Position numbers and translations under genes: made by a program | Shown: piece by piece, positions 20,880 to 30,619 of the stretch | Numbering within the stretch: the stretch's first letter is position 1 | Layout: the number at the start of each line of letters is the position of its first letter | Assembly (NCBI GenBank): GCA_944387555.1 | Contig: CALXFH010000005.1 | Span: forward strand, 14,589 to 78,588 | DNA: 64,000 nucleotides | Source of the DNA: an uncultured Clostridia bacterium | Lineage (GTDB): Bacteria > Bacillota > Clostridia > TANB77 > CAG-508 | Direction of reading: 5' to 3' | Notes under the pieces: model-generated | Database searches by the model: none | Seen by the model: only the letters and a program-made list of their open reading frames with translations | Told to the model about the DNA's origin: nothing

Positions 20880-21455
20880 CTATTTAATTCCTAATTCTCT
20901 ATTTATATTATAAAGTAGCTTGTCTAAATTATGGTTATAACGAGACATTTTCTTTAATATGCTTCTTCTATCTGTCATATTTACAATATCTTCTCTTATT
21001 TCTTGTACGCTTGTTATTTTATGTTCTAAATTTATTTCTTGATTATATAAGAATTTTTTAATTAAACTCTTTTTAGATGTATTTTCATATAAATAATTTA
21101 TTTGTTCATTTAACTTACTTGCATCTTCCATTAATCTATCTGCCTCATTAAAGAAATTATATCTTCTTCTATTTCTTGATAAGTTATTTAAACCTTTCTT
21201 AAATTTAGTTATTTTATATCTCATTTCTTCTAATTCTTTTTTATAATCAGATACTACCTTAGAATCTTTTTCCTTTGCTCCATTAATTAACTCAATTACA
21301 ACTCCTGTTGTACAAGCAATTAAAAAACTTAAAGAAATATTTGTTACTATTTCTACATCCATATAGTAAGATATTCCTGTAAGTACAACTAATAATAGAA
21401 TTATAACCATAACAATAGCTACAGTTCTCCTGTAATTTCTTTTATAATTTTCCAT
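20880..21455 (-). CDS. Hypothetical membrane protein
   Basis: Two N-terminal TM segments then a coiled region. Confidence 0.6.
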   Translation of the reverse strand: MENYKRNYRRTVAIVMVIILLLVVLTGISYYMDVEIVTNISLSFLIACTTGVVIELINGAKEKDSKVVSDYKKELEEMRYKITKFKKGLNNLSRNRRRYNFFNEADRLMEDASKLNEQINYLYENTSKKSLIKKFLYNQEINLEHKITSVQEIREDIVNMTDRRSILKKMSRYNHNLDKLLYNINRELGIK

Positions 21456-21528
21456 TTCAACATCCTTCTTCCTATATTTTTGCTTATAATACCATAACTA
21501 ACAATAATATTCAATAACAAAAGTGTTT

Positions 21529-22899
21529 TTAATATTCATCTTGCAAATTTAAGTTTTTAATTAAGGTTCTAATCTGATTGTCAATTCTGTTTTTTTCTTC
21601 TTCTAACTTTAATATTTCCAGTTCTACCTTTTTTTGATTAATATTTTCTGTTTTATTGTCCATCTTAACATATAGCTTTATGTTTAAATCATAGTCATTT
21701 TCTATAATTTCTTCTGGTTTTACCACATTAGAATAATTCTTTACTGCTTCATATTTTCTATATGTATTAACTATTTTATCTTGATTATCTACTGTTAAAA
21801 TATTAGTTTTTCTTTTTTTTGTATATTCTTTACTGGCATCAATAAACAATATCTCTTTTCTATTTCTCATTTTATTTATTACTAGTACTACTACTGGGAT
21901 TTTAGTGTTAGCAAATAATTTTTCTGGTAAATTTATAATAGCATCTATGTAATTATTATTAATTAACTTTTTCCTCATACCATATTCCACGTTTGTATGT
22001 TTAGATAAAAAACCTTGTGGTACAATACATACAATTTTACCATATTCATTTATACTTGTTAACATTAAATCTAAAAATCTTATATAACCAGTTGTAACAT
22101 TTACAAAATTTCCTTCTTTTTGAGATCTTTCTACAAAAGGAGGATTACCAATAGCTAAATCCACCAATTTAACCTTTTCTTCATATTCTATACCTATTCT
22201 TTTATCATATATATCATGTAACCACAAATTTGTAACACAAATATTATAGTTGGCTAGACTACTTTCTTCACCAAAGCTATATATTTTAGCCTGTTTTGCA
22301 CTTTCAGTAATAAAGTTACCTGTTCCAGAAGCAGGATTATAAATTGCCATTCCATTTTTTATATCAGCTATCTTTACCATAGTTTTAACTATTCCTTTAG
22401 GTGTATAAAATTCTCCATCACTATTGGAAATTTCATTTTCTTGACTCGCTATCATTATTATATATTCAAATGCTTCTGCCAATATCTTTTTACTATTTTC
22501 TACAAGATTATCTAAATTCTTTATTAATTTACTTAATTTTAAAATTATTGTAATAAATATTTTATAGTCATTTAAATCCATTATTTTATAGAAATGAATA
22601 TTTATAAACAATATAAATGATTTTTCCTCTAATCTTATATTATTTAACTCTTTGTCTATCCAATTTAATATTTCTTTAATATTTTCTTTTGCGTAATCTA
22701 TTTTTTGATTCAAATATTCTTTATTTTTATACAACACATATATAAGTGCTGAAATATATTGTAAATAATCAGAGCCTATATTGTGTATGTTTTTCATATC
22801 ATTACAAATTTCTTGTAAATCATAATTTACTTCTTTTTGTAAAATATGATTTTCTTCTTTTTCAACCATTATTTTCTCCTTTTTCCAACATTTTTTCAA
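21529..22899 (-). CDS. N-6 DNA methyltransferase (HsdM-like)
   Basis: GEFYTP, YNPASGTG (motif I variant), GNPPF, LFANTKIP and IDAS motifs. Confidence 0.85.
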   Translation of the reverse strand: MKKCWKKEKIMVEKEENHILQKEVNYDLQEICNDMKNIHNIGSDYLQYISALIYVLYKNKEYLNQKIDYAKENIKEILNWIDKELNNIRLEEKSFILFINIHFYKIMDLNDYKIFITIILKLSKLIKNLDNLVENSKKILAEAFEYIIMIASQENEISNSDGEFYTPKGIVKTMVKIADIKNGMAIYNPASGTGNFITESAKQAKIYSFGEESSLANYNICVTNLWLHDIYDKRIGIEYEEKVKLVDLAIGNPPFVERSQKEGNFVNVTTGYIRFLDLMLTSINEYGKIVCIVPQGFLSKHTNVEYGMRKKLINNNYIDAIINLPEKLFANTKIPVVVLVINKMRNRKEILFIDASKEYTKKRKTNILTVDNQDKIVNTYRKYEAVKNYSNVVKPEEIIENDYDLNIKLYVKMDNKTENINQKKVELEILKLEEEKNRIDNQIRTLIKNLNLQDEY

Positions 22900-23428
22900 G
22901 ATAAAAATTATATAATTTTTCTTTTTGTTCTAATATATTTCTAGATACTTCCTTTTCCTTTTCCCACAACTTTATTAATTCTTCCATATTTTTTTGTTGT
23001 TCAATTGAAATGCTTGGAATATTTATTTCTTTTATACTAGAAACTCTTGTGGATTTCATTATTGAACCACTAGCTTTTACTTCTAATTCATCTTTTACCT
23101 TTTGGCTCTCCAAATACCATTTCAAAACAATAGGTATTATCTTTTGTGTTCTTATTATACAAAATTGCGAAGGTATTAAAAGCCCCTGTATATCTTCTTC
23201 TACATAAATAATCTTATTAGGACATAACAACCTAAAAAGCAAGTCTCCTTTTCTTGAAAGATTATTACTTAAATCTTTATTAGTTTTTATTACTTCAAAC
23301 TCCTGGTTTTCTTCATAGTTTTTAAGAGAAAATAGTTTATAACTATTTTCTCCTTTTTCTTTTTTCTCTCTTTTTGCTAAAATTCCTATGGATATATCCG
23401 CAATTTCTTTTAATTTCATCTTTACCAT
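22862..23428 (-). CDS. Short HsdS-like specificity subunit (single TRD)
   Basis: MKLKEIADI.IG start, L.WYL.S, I.IPSIEQQ motifs; overlaps the methyltransferase start. Confidence 0.65.
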   Translation of the reverse strand: MVKMKLKEIADISIGILAKREKKEKGENSYKLFSLKNYEENQEFEVIKTNKDLSNNLSRKGDLLFRLLCPNKIIYVEEDIQGLLIPSQFCIIRTQKIIPIVLKWYLESQKVKDELEVKASGSIMKSTRVSSIKEINIPSISIEQQKNMEELIKLWEKEKEVSRNILEQKEKLYNFYLEKMLEKGENNG

Positions 23429-23446
23429 TTCTTTCTTATAATCTTT

Positions 23447-23662
23447 TTATTTGCCCTTTTTATAAAATATTTCTTTGCAACAATATTTACAGCCACTTAC
23501 ATTTAAATAATATTCTTTTGCCCTATTTTTGGCTTCTATTGGGCATATACATTCCTTCAAATCTATAATATTTTCGTCTTTTGGTCTCTTTTTGCAATCT
23601 TTTGTATGTATTTTGTGATAACCAGTAGATAATTGTGTGTTTTTGTTTACTATATATTCCAT
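23447..23662 (-). CDS. Small Cys/His-rich hypothetical protein
   Basis: Y.VNKN.Q, H..H...C and GC.YCC motifs; GAAGG RBS. Confidence 0.6.
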   Translation of the reverse strand: MEYIVNKNTQLSTGYHKIHTKDCKKRPKDENIIDLKECICPIEAKNRAKEYYLNVSGCKYCCKEIFYKKGK

Positions 23663-23831
23663 TAACCTTCACCTTCTTTTTCTAATAGTATTAGAAAAGA
23701 GAAGCTTTATATATTTTGCATTTATTTTGAATTTATGTTATAATGTAATTGCATTATTAAATATTACAAAATATTATTTAAGTTCTAAATAAGTGCCTTT
23801 ATTTAGAACTTTCTTTTTATAAGTTCTCTTT

Positions 23832-24524
23832 CTATTTATTTCCCAATTCTTTTATTGCTTTTGCTAAATTTCCAATTTCTTCTATCAAAGTAAGCATTCT
23901 CTCATTTAATTCTTCATAATTAATTGTATTTTGAACACTTTTTATATTGTCAGTCGTGGAAATCATCGCATTTTCAAATCTTGTTTCATATGCCTTATAT
24001 AAATCTGTTATATAATTCAAATCTCTATCAAACTCTTCTTCTTTAAAATCTGCCATTTTAATTTTTTTCTTTATAAATATAGCATCATTTTCGTATTCAA
24101 ATCCATATTTCAAATTAGGTTCTATCAAAGAATATTTTATTCTATACCCTTTTGATAATTCTTGTATTTCGTTTTTCTTCTTTGAAGTCTTTCCAAATCC
24201 CAACCATAATTCTATTGTATTTGTTTCTTTAACAAAAGAAATTCCTACATATCTTCCTCTTGTTCCGCTTCGATTTTCTTCAGAAAATAATTGAATCCAA
24301 GGAGTTTCCACTCTATTGTATGAGGGCCCTAACTTAAGTTCTACAAACAGATCTTTTACTTTAATTAATTCTTTTGTTTTTTCCTTTAAATTCTTTTCTA
24401 ATTCTTCATCTTTTAGCCTTCTTTGTTTTCCGTTTTTTGTTTTCACTTCTTCTAGTACATAGGAATATCCATACATTAAGTAGTCAAACAAGTCAAACCT
24501 ACTTTTTAGTTGCTCTTTTTTCAT
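23832..24524 (-). CDS. Stand-alone McrB-N/DUF3578-like protein
   Basis: PWIQLF...GRYVGISF...LWLGFG resembles the DUF3578 core; no AAA domain; AGGAGG RBS, TTGACA-17-TATCAT promoter. Confidence 0.5.
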   Translation of the reverse strand: MKKEQLKSRFDLFDYLMYGYSYVLEEVKTKNGKQRRLKDEELEKNLKEKTKELIKVKDLFVELKLGPSYNRVETPWIQLFSEENRSGTRGRYVGISFVKETNTIELWLGFGKTSKKKNEIQELSKGYRIKYSLIEPNLKYGFEYENDAIFIKKKIKMADFKEEEFDRDLNYITDLYKAYETRFENAMISTTDNIKSVQNTINYEELNERMLTLIEEIGNLAKAIKELGNK

Positions 24525-24802
24525 TTTTATTACCTCCTTCTTCCATTTTGAATTTTGAAATATATTTCATTCAAATGATACCATCATATAATGCACTTGT
24601 CAATATTCAAATGTATTTTTTTTGTTTTTTTTTATGCATTCGTTTGCAAGTTTACGTTCTAATCAGACTAGAACGTTTTTGCTTTTTAATAAAATGCTTT
24701 AATTACTATTATAAAAAACTTATTAATAAAAACCCCTATATTATACAGGGGTTTTATTTACAATCACAATTATTATTTCATATATTTTTTATTTCTTTCA
24801 TT

Positions 24803-25666
24803 TTATATCCATTCTAATATTTCTTTAGATATATTTAAATCTCCTCTTCCTATACCTATTTCTATATCTGTTTTTGAGTCTCCATGATAATCACTACCAC
24901 CACTTATATATAATTTATTATTCTTTGCATATTGTACTAAATTTTTTCTTTCTTCCTGATTTGCTGATGGATGGAAACATTCTATACCATCTAGTTCTGT
25001 TTCTCTTCTTAAATCATTTATAAAACCAATTGTATCCTCAAATTTGTATTCAAACGGATGTGCTAGAAATGCTTTTCCACCAGATTCATGAATAAAGTCT
25101 ACTACTTCTTTATATTTTGGTCTAAATTCTATACGATTTACAAAATAAATACTTCTAGGATTTGCTAGACCTTTTCTAAAAAATACACCAAGTGATTCCG
25201 TAAATTCTCCTAATATTTCATAGTTTTCTTTATGTCTCATTAATTCATTATAAATTGAAATTTCTACATAACCAGTTGCTTTAGGTTTTACTATTTTGCT
25301 TTCATCATATATAAGTCCTTGCTTATCACATATATCTAACAATCTTTTATAACATATTTCTTGTTGTTCTTCTAATCTTTCTTCTGAATAATACTTTTTA
25401 CACCACTCATTTATTATATCAGGATTTATATTATAACCCAATACTTCAATATTTTTGTCTTGGAACACTGCATTTAGTTCTGCTCCTTTTATAATTTTAC
25501 CACTAAATATATTATTATTTTTTAAAGCTTCATCTTTATATTGTTTAGCAGTATTATGATCTGTTATTGATATATATTCTAACCTCTTTTCTTCACACAT
25601 TTTTAAAATTTCTTCTACTGTTTTACTCCCATCAGAATACATTGAATGTATATGTAAATCAATCAT
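24803..25666 (-). CDS. PHP-domain phosphoesterase
   Basis: DLHIHS.YSDG, ITDHN, LAHP and GGSDYHG motifs. Confidence 0.9.
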   Translation of the reverse strand: MIDLHIHSMYSDGSKTVEEILKMCEEKRLEYISITDHNTAKQYKDEALKNNNIFSGKIIKGAELNAVFQDKNIEVLGYNINPDIINEWCKKYYSEERLEEQQEICYKRLLDICDKQGLIYDESKIVKPKATGYVEISIYNELMRHKENYEILGEFTESLGVFFRKGLANPRSIYFVNRIEFRPKYKEVVDFIHESGGKAFLAHPFEYKFEDTIGFINDLRRETELDGIECFHPSANQEERKNLVQYAKNNKLYISGGSDYHGDSKTDIEIGIGRGDLNISKEILEWI

Positions 25667-25780
25667 TTTCTTTCTCCTTTTACATTCTTTATACTTATAC
25701 CATACCATAAAATTCTTTAATTTACAACTTATGGAAGCATATTAAAAACCCCTATATTTTAAAATACAGGAGTTTTATTT

Positions 25781-26296
25781 CTAATTGCAGTCACAATTAT
25801 TGTTTTTCATATTATTCATATAAAATTTCTTTTGAGCAAGTTTATCTTGTACTCCACGAAGTGCTTCACCAAATCTTTGGAAGTGTACTACTTCTCTTTC
25901 TCTTAAATATCTTAATGGATCTAATACATCAGGATTATCTCTACATAAATCAATTAATTTTTCATATGTGGCACGAGCTTTTTGTTCAGCAGCTAAATCC
26001 TCTTGTAAGTTTGCTATAGGATCTCCTTTACATGCAATATATGCAGCTGTAAATGGTGTACCTGCAGCAGATTGTGGATATACATCTACACCATGGTCTG
26101 TATAGTATGCACCTAATCCTGCTTTTTCTATTTCTTCTATTGAAGCATTTTTAGTTAATTGGTGTACTATAGTTCCTACCATTTCCAAGTGTGCAAGTTC
26201 TTCTGTTCCTATATCATTTAAAATTGCTTTTGATTTTTGGTCTGGCATACCAAATCTTTGTGATAAATATCTTAAAGAAGCGGCAAGTTCGCCATC
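25781..26296 (-). CDS. cotJC: CotJC / manganese catalase, 3' segment (from GA crossover core)
   Basis: (D)GELAASLRYLSQRF...DIGTEELAHLEM...REREVVHFQRFGEAL; lacks the N-terminus, which lies at 30620-30717. Confidence 0.92.
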   Translation of the reverse strand, partial: DGELAASLRYLSQRFGMPDQKSKAILNDIGTEELAHLEMVGTIVHQLTKNASIEEIEKAGLGAYYTDHGVDVYPQSAAGTPFTAAYIACKGDPIANLQEDLAAEQKARATYEKLIDLCRDNPDVLDPLRYLREREVVHFQRFGEALRGVQDKLAQKKFYMNNMKNNNCDCN

Positions 26297-26364
26297 TGGT
26301 GAGTTGTTTTTATTGTGATTTTTATATTTTCCAAACCATAATTTACTTAAGTTGTATAAATTTT

Positions 26365-27948
26365 TTACGGTCTGGAAAATTTATAATGTATTTTTACTGT
26401 TTTGTCTTGAAATATCTCTACTTTATCAATTAATTTTATTAGTATTTCCTTGGGAACAACTTTAAAACTTGTTATTTGCTCTAGCATATTATAAAATTCA
26501 TTACTGTTTTTATTTTCTTGCTCTAAACTAGACTTTTGATTTTGTAAACTATTAATTTCACTATTTAATTGTTCCTTTTCCTTGTTATAATCTTCATACA
26601 TACTGTCAAAGTCATCTTTTGTAATATTTCCTTTTTTCCAGTCCTCGTATAAAGATTTTCTTAAATCTAATATTTCTTGTTTTCTGCTTTCTTTTTGTTT
26701 TATTACTTCTTGTATTGTATTGTCTATTTTTAAAGTAGGTTTTTGGATTGTATTTAAAAACTTATTTTTATTTTTTATTGCTTTTTTAGATATAGCTTTC
26801 AAATCATTAATTACTAATTTATTAATTTCTTTTTCTAGTATTGCGTGTCTTTTACATTTATGAAATCTGGAATAATTAGAACATAATGTGATAAATTCTT
26901 TTTTCCCTTTTCTTTTTTCTCTCCTAAATGTAATCGACATTCCACAATCCCCACATACAAGCATACCACCTAATAAATGTTCTGTTTTATTTATTGTCTT
27001 TCCATAAGCCTTTTGTTGTAATAATTGCCCAACTGTTTCAAATGTTTCCTTATCAATTATCGGCTCGTGCGTATTTTCAACAATTATCCATTCATTTTTT
27101 GGTAGTTTTTTATGCTTTCTTACTTTATAACTTACTCTTTTACTTTTTCTTTGAGCGATATTTCCAATGTATGTAGGATTAGTTAATATCCATTTAATCG
27201 TTTCTGCTCTCCAAACATTATGAACAATATTGACATTCTTATAATTTGAGCCTTTTTGCTTTTTATATACCGTAGGGCAAGGAATTTTTTCACTATTTAA
27301 AGTTCTCATTATTTCTTCTGTTCCAATTCCCTTTACTCTCATATTGAAAATTCTTTTGACAACCAAACTTGCCTCTGGGTCAATAATAAGTTTATTCTTA
27401 TTATGCGGGTCTTTAATATAGCCATACGGTGCAAATGCTCCTATAAATTGTCCGTTTTGTCTTTTTGCATTGAATGTACTTCTTATTTTTCTTGAAATGT
27501 CGGCAGAATACATATCATTTATAACACCTTTAAATCCTGTTAGCTGGTTATTACCATTATTTTCATTAAAAGTATCAATATTGTCATTAATTGCTATAAA
27601 CCTTACATTTTTTAAAGGAAAATATTTTTCAATATAATGTCCTGTTCCTATGTAATCCCTTCCCAATCTTGAGCTATCTTTAACAATGACCATATTTATT
27701 TTTTCGTTTTCTATATCCTCTAACATTCTTTGGAAAGCTGGTCTATCAAAATTAGTTCCCGTATAGCCGTCGTCTACATATTCTTCATATAAATCCCAGC
27801 CTCTATCTAGTATGTATCTAGTTATGTATTCTTTTTGATTTATGATACTTTCAGATTGTTCAGTATTTTCATCTTCCTTTGAAAGCCTTAAATACATTCC
27901 TACTTTATAATTTCTTGTATCAGTTTTATAGTTATCACTTTCAAACAC
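26365..27948 (-). CDS. Large serine recombinase (SpoIVCA-like architecture)
   Basis: YLRLS, DDGYTGT..DRPAFQRML, VKDSSRLGR, recombinase domain, CGDCG zinc ribbon, coiled coil. Confidence 0.95.
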   Translation of the reverse strand: MFESDNYKTDTRNYKVGMYLRLSKEDENTEQSESIINQKEYITRYILDRGWDLYEEYVDDGYTGTNFDRPAFQRMLEDIENEKINMVIVKDSSRLGRDYIGTGHYIEKYFPLKNVRFIAINDNIDTFNENNGNNQLTGFKGVINDMYSADISRKIRSTFNAKRQNGQFIGAFAPYGYIKDPHNKNKLIIDPEASLVVKRIFNMRVKGIGTEEIMRTLNSEKIPCPTVYKKQKGSNYKNVNIVHNVWRAETIKWILTNPTYIGNIAQRKSKRVSYKVRKHKKLPKNEWIIVENTHEPIIDKETFETVGQLLQQKAYGKTINKTEHLLGGMLVCGDCGMSITFRREKRKGKKEFITLCSNYSRFHKCKRHAILEKEINKLVINDLKAISKKAIKNKNKFLNTIQKPTLKIDNTIQEVIKQKESRKQEILDLRKSLYEDWKKGNITKDDFDSMYEDYNKEKEQLNSEINSLQNQKSSLEQENKNSNEFYNMLEQITSFKVVPKEILIKLIDKVEIFQDKTVKIHYKFSRP

Positions 27949-27990
27949 TTTCCTTACTCCTTCCTTTATTCTTTTAGTGATAACTATCTG

Positions 27991-28140
27991 CTACAAATAT
28001 TTTAAATCTTTTTCTTGGTTTTGTCCATCAAAACAAGAATTATTTTTCAAATAAGTCTCTATTGCTTTTCTTAAAACTTCTTGGAAATCGTCTCCATTTT
28101 CTAAATATTCACTTTCCAATAAAATACATTGTTCTTTCAT
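27991..28140 (-). CDS. 49-aa ORF directly upstream of the recombinase (candidate directionality factor)
   Basis: MKEQCILLESEYLENGDDFQEVLRKAIETYLKNNSCFDGQNQEKDLKYL*, GAGGT RBS; below the ORF-track cutoff. Confidence 0.5.
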   Translation of the reverse strand: MKEQCILLESEYLENGDDFQEVLRKAIETYLKNNSCFDGQNQEKDLKYL

Positions 28141-28450
28141 TTTACCTCTTTTCCAAAATCGTCTTTGTAAAACTTATTCTAATAAAGAGAAAAAATGCAA
28201 GTAAAAAAAATATGAGCTTACATATAAAAAACTCTTTTTTCCTTTAGTCAATATCTTGACAAAGCTCGATTTTTTTATATGCAAACCCATATAATATTAT
28301 TTTATTGAAATCTACATTATATTACCATATTTTAGGATAAAAAGCAATAGCTTGTCGTAAATTTTTAATAATTTGTAAAATTTTATAGACAAACCTCATT
28401 ATTTTTTGTATAATATTTCCAGCCACCTATTGAAAGGGAGGTGAAATACT

Positions 28451-28552
28451 ATGACAAGTTTTGACTTAATCTGGTTATTAATTCAAAAACTATTAGAAGA
28501 AAAATCTAATAATAGCAATGAAGAAAATAGCCAATCTAGTCAAGAAAACTAG
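28451..28552 (+). CDS. 33-aa peptide, candidate type I toxin
   Basis: MTSFDLIWLLIQKLLEEKSNNSNEENSQSSQEN*; RBS AAAGGGAGGTG; promoter TAGACA-17-TATAAT at 28386-28414; terminator aagagtgg...ccactctt. Confidence 0.55.
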   Translation: MTSFDLIWLLIQKLLEEKSNNSNEENSQSSQEN

Positions 28553-28559
28553 TACAACA

Positions 28560-28675
28560 CTAGTTTTCAAGAGTGGTCTAGCCAGCCACTCTTTTTTTAT
28601 AAAAAAACGGTATGTGTAGCCAACACATACCAAATACTATCGACAAGTTTTAATCTAGTCAAAACTTATAAGCTA
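28560..28675 (-). ncRNA. Candidate convergent antisense sRNA (antitoxin-like)
   Basis: TTGACA-17-TATACT promoter at 28681-28709 with no ORF downstream; hairpins gtatgtg..cacatac and agagtgg..ccactct; ends approximate. Confidence 0.4.
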
Positions 28676-29089
28676 AATATAGTATACTACAATATTTATA
28701 ATATGTCAAATTTTAATTTTATATTCATAATTTAAAAATTAAAAAATTTAATTTTTGAATTTCTTGATTTTAAGCCATTTTTCAAGGATAAAAAATTATC
28801 AATAAAATTTTAATTTTATGTTGTTTATATGTTAGACTGATATATCCCTAAAATTGGCTTATATCAACTATTTTAGGCTCTACTATTTAAAATTATATAA
28901 AAAATCTTGTATTTTATAGTTTTTCTAAAATTTAGACCTCACAAATCCCCATATTATAATATAAAATTACAACATAAAATACGATTTTTATGCTGTTTTA
29001 TATTTTACTTTCATTCAAGTTCCTCCATAAATTTTTTAGTAAAAATTTAATATAAATTCAGTAGCTACTTTGTAATCTATCCTTATTTA

Positions 29090-29272
29090 TTATTGGTTTT
29101 CATCTAAATTTTGTAATCCATATTCGATTATTTGATTTACAACACTATTAAAACTTATGTCATTTTTTTCTGCTAAACTATTTATTTTATCAAATGTTTT
29201 TCCGTTCATTCTTATAGTTCTAGTTACAGTATCATTGCCTTTTGCCTCTTTTACTATCTTCAGCTTTTCCAT
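29090..29272 (-). CDS. Ribbon-helix-helix (Arc/CopG-like) DNA-binding protein
   Basis: TRTIRM beta-strand, LAEKNDISFNSVVNQII helices, AGGAGG RBS. Confidence 0.75.
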   Translation of the reverse strand: MEKLKIVKEAKGNDTVTRTIRMNGKTFDKINSLAEKNDISFNSVVNQIIEYGLQNLDENQ

Positions 29273-29419
29273 AATTTTTGTCCTCCTATTTTTATTATTA
29301 CATTTTATTGTAAAAAAAATTCAAAATAAGTACACAAAATAGTACACAAAAGCAAAATTATGTGTTATTATAGTATTAATAAAAATATTTTTATTCTTAA
29401 ATATGAGGGGGTGAACTAT

Positions 29420-29680
29420 ATGAGAGGAAGGAGAAATCTTGCAAGTATAACAGCTGGGGCAATTCGTAGAGAACAATCAAAGCAAAAAAGATATAATGCA
29501 CAAAGTAGTAATAACACAGAAAATACCCATCCAGGTATTTCTATACTTGCAATTATTTTAGCAATCATTGTCATAGTACCTATAATAATGTTATTTGCAT
29601 ATATGGTTAGTAATTTTGGAATAACTGGTTTATTAATTGCATTATTTATTGTTGGTGTAATATGGGCATTTTTCTTTTAA
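29420..29680 (+). CDS. Small membrane protein (element cargo)
   Basis: GGGGGTG RBS before ATG 29420; two TM segments. Confidence 0.65.
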   Translation: MRGRRNLASITAGAIRREQSKQKRYNAQSSNNTENTHPGISILAIILAIIVIVPIIMLFAYMVSNFGITGLLIALFIVGVIWAFFF

Positions 29681-29706
29681 AATAAATAAATTAAAGGAGG
29701 ATTAAA

Positions 29707-30414
29707 ATGGAAGAAAAGAAGAAGAAAAACAAAAAAATTATATTTATTATATTAATAATAGTATTAGTTATAGCAATACTTATTGGCTTAAAATTTATTT
29801 TAGAAAATCATATTAAAGACACGGAATATACGGGGGCAGAAACAACTCAAAAAGTAGAACAAAGTAAATTGACAGAGGAAGAAAAAGAATTATATAAAAA
29901 TGCAGTTGCAAGAAATGATAGTGAATTACTAAATAACAAAACAATAGAAACAATTATTTCAGAAGAAAAAGAACGACAGGCAGAAGAACAACGACAATTA
30001 GAAGAAAAACGAGCAAAAGAGGAAGCAGAAAAACAAGAACTTGCAAATGCCATTACTTTAAATGTTTATAATAAAAATGTTATTTATAAAGATACTAGTG
30101 CTTGGAGATTTAATGATTTTGTTGAATTAAAAATGAATTGTAAAAACAATACAGATAAAGACATAATAGCATTAAATGGTATAATCAAAATTAGCGATTT
30201 ATTTGATACTCCAATTTTGAATATAACCTTATTGTATGATAAAGGAACTATACCAGCTAAAGGAGAAGTCGACATCAATGATATTGGATTAGAAGTTAAT
30301 CAATTTATGGATAGCCACATAAAAATTAGAGATACAGAATTTAGCAAATTAAAATTCACTTTTGAAACAACATCAGTTGCCTTTTCAGACGGAACTACAA
30401 TAGGCACAAATTAA
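29707..30414 (+). CDS. Membrane-anchored extracellular protein (element cargo)
   Basis: AAGGAGG RBS, N-terminal TM, coiled coil, beta-rich C-terminal domain. Confidence 0.7.
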   Translation: MEEKKKKNKKIIFIILIIVLVIAILIGLKFILENHIKDTEYTGAETTQKVEQSKLTEEEKELYKNAVARNDSELLNNKTIETIISEEKERQAEEQRQLEEKRAKEEAEKQELANAITLNVYNKNVIYKDTSAWRFNDFVELKMNCKNNTDKDIIALNGIIKISDLFDTPILNITLLYDKGTIPAKGEVDINDIGLEVNQFMDSHIKIRDTEFSKLKFTFETTSVAFSDGTTIGTN

Positions 30415-30619
30415 TTTCTTGATAAAGGACGTCCCCTGCCCTTGCTTGTATTTAAAAATTAAAATAAGCAAAACACTTTTTTCAGGGGGCTATATTATTA
30501 TATTATAAAAAGGAGCAAGATTTATAATTAAAAATATCTTGTTCTTTTTAGTTAACATTATATAATAAAATAAGCAGATAGTTATCACTTTAGAAATTCG
30601 CAATAAAATCAGTTCCACA

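Noticed and set aside
28720-29080. Very AT-rich non-coding stretch inside the cotJC element as a possible replication origin
   Set aside because: No iterons, DnaA boxes or rep gene were recognised
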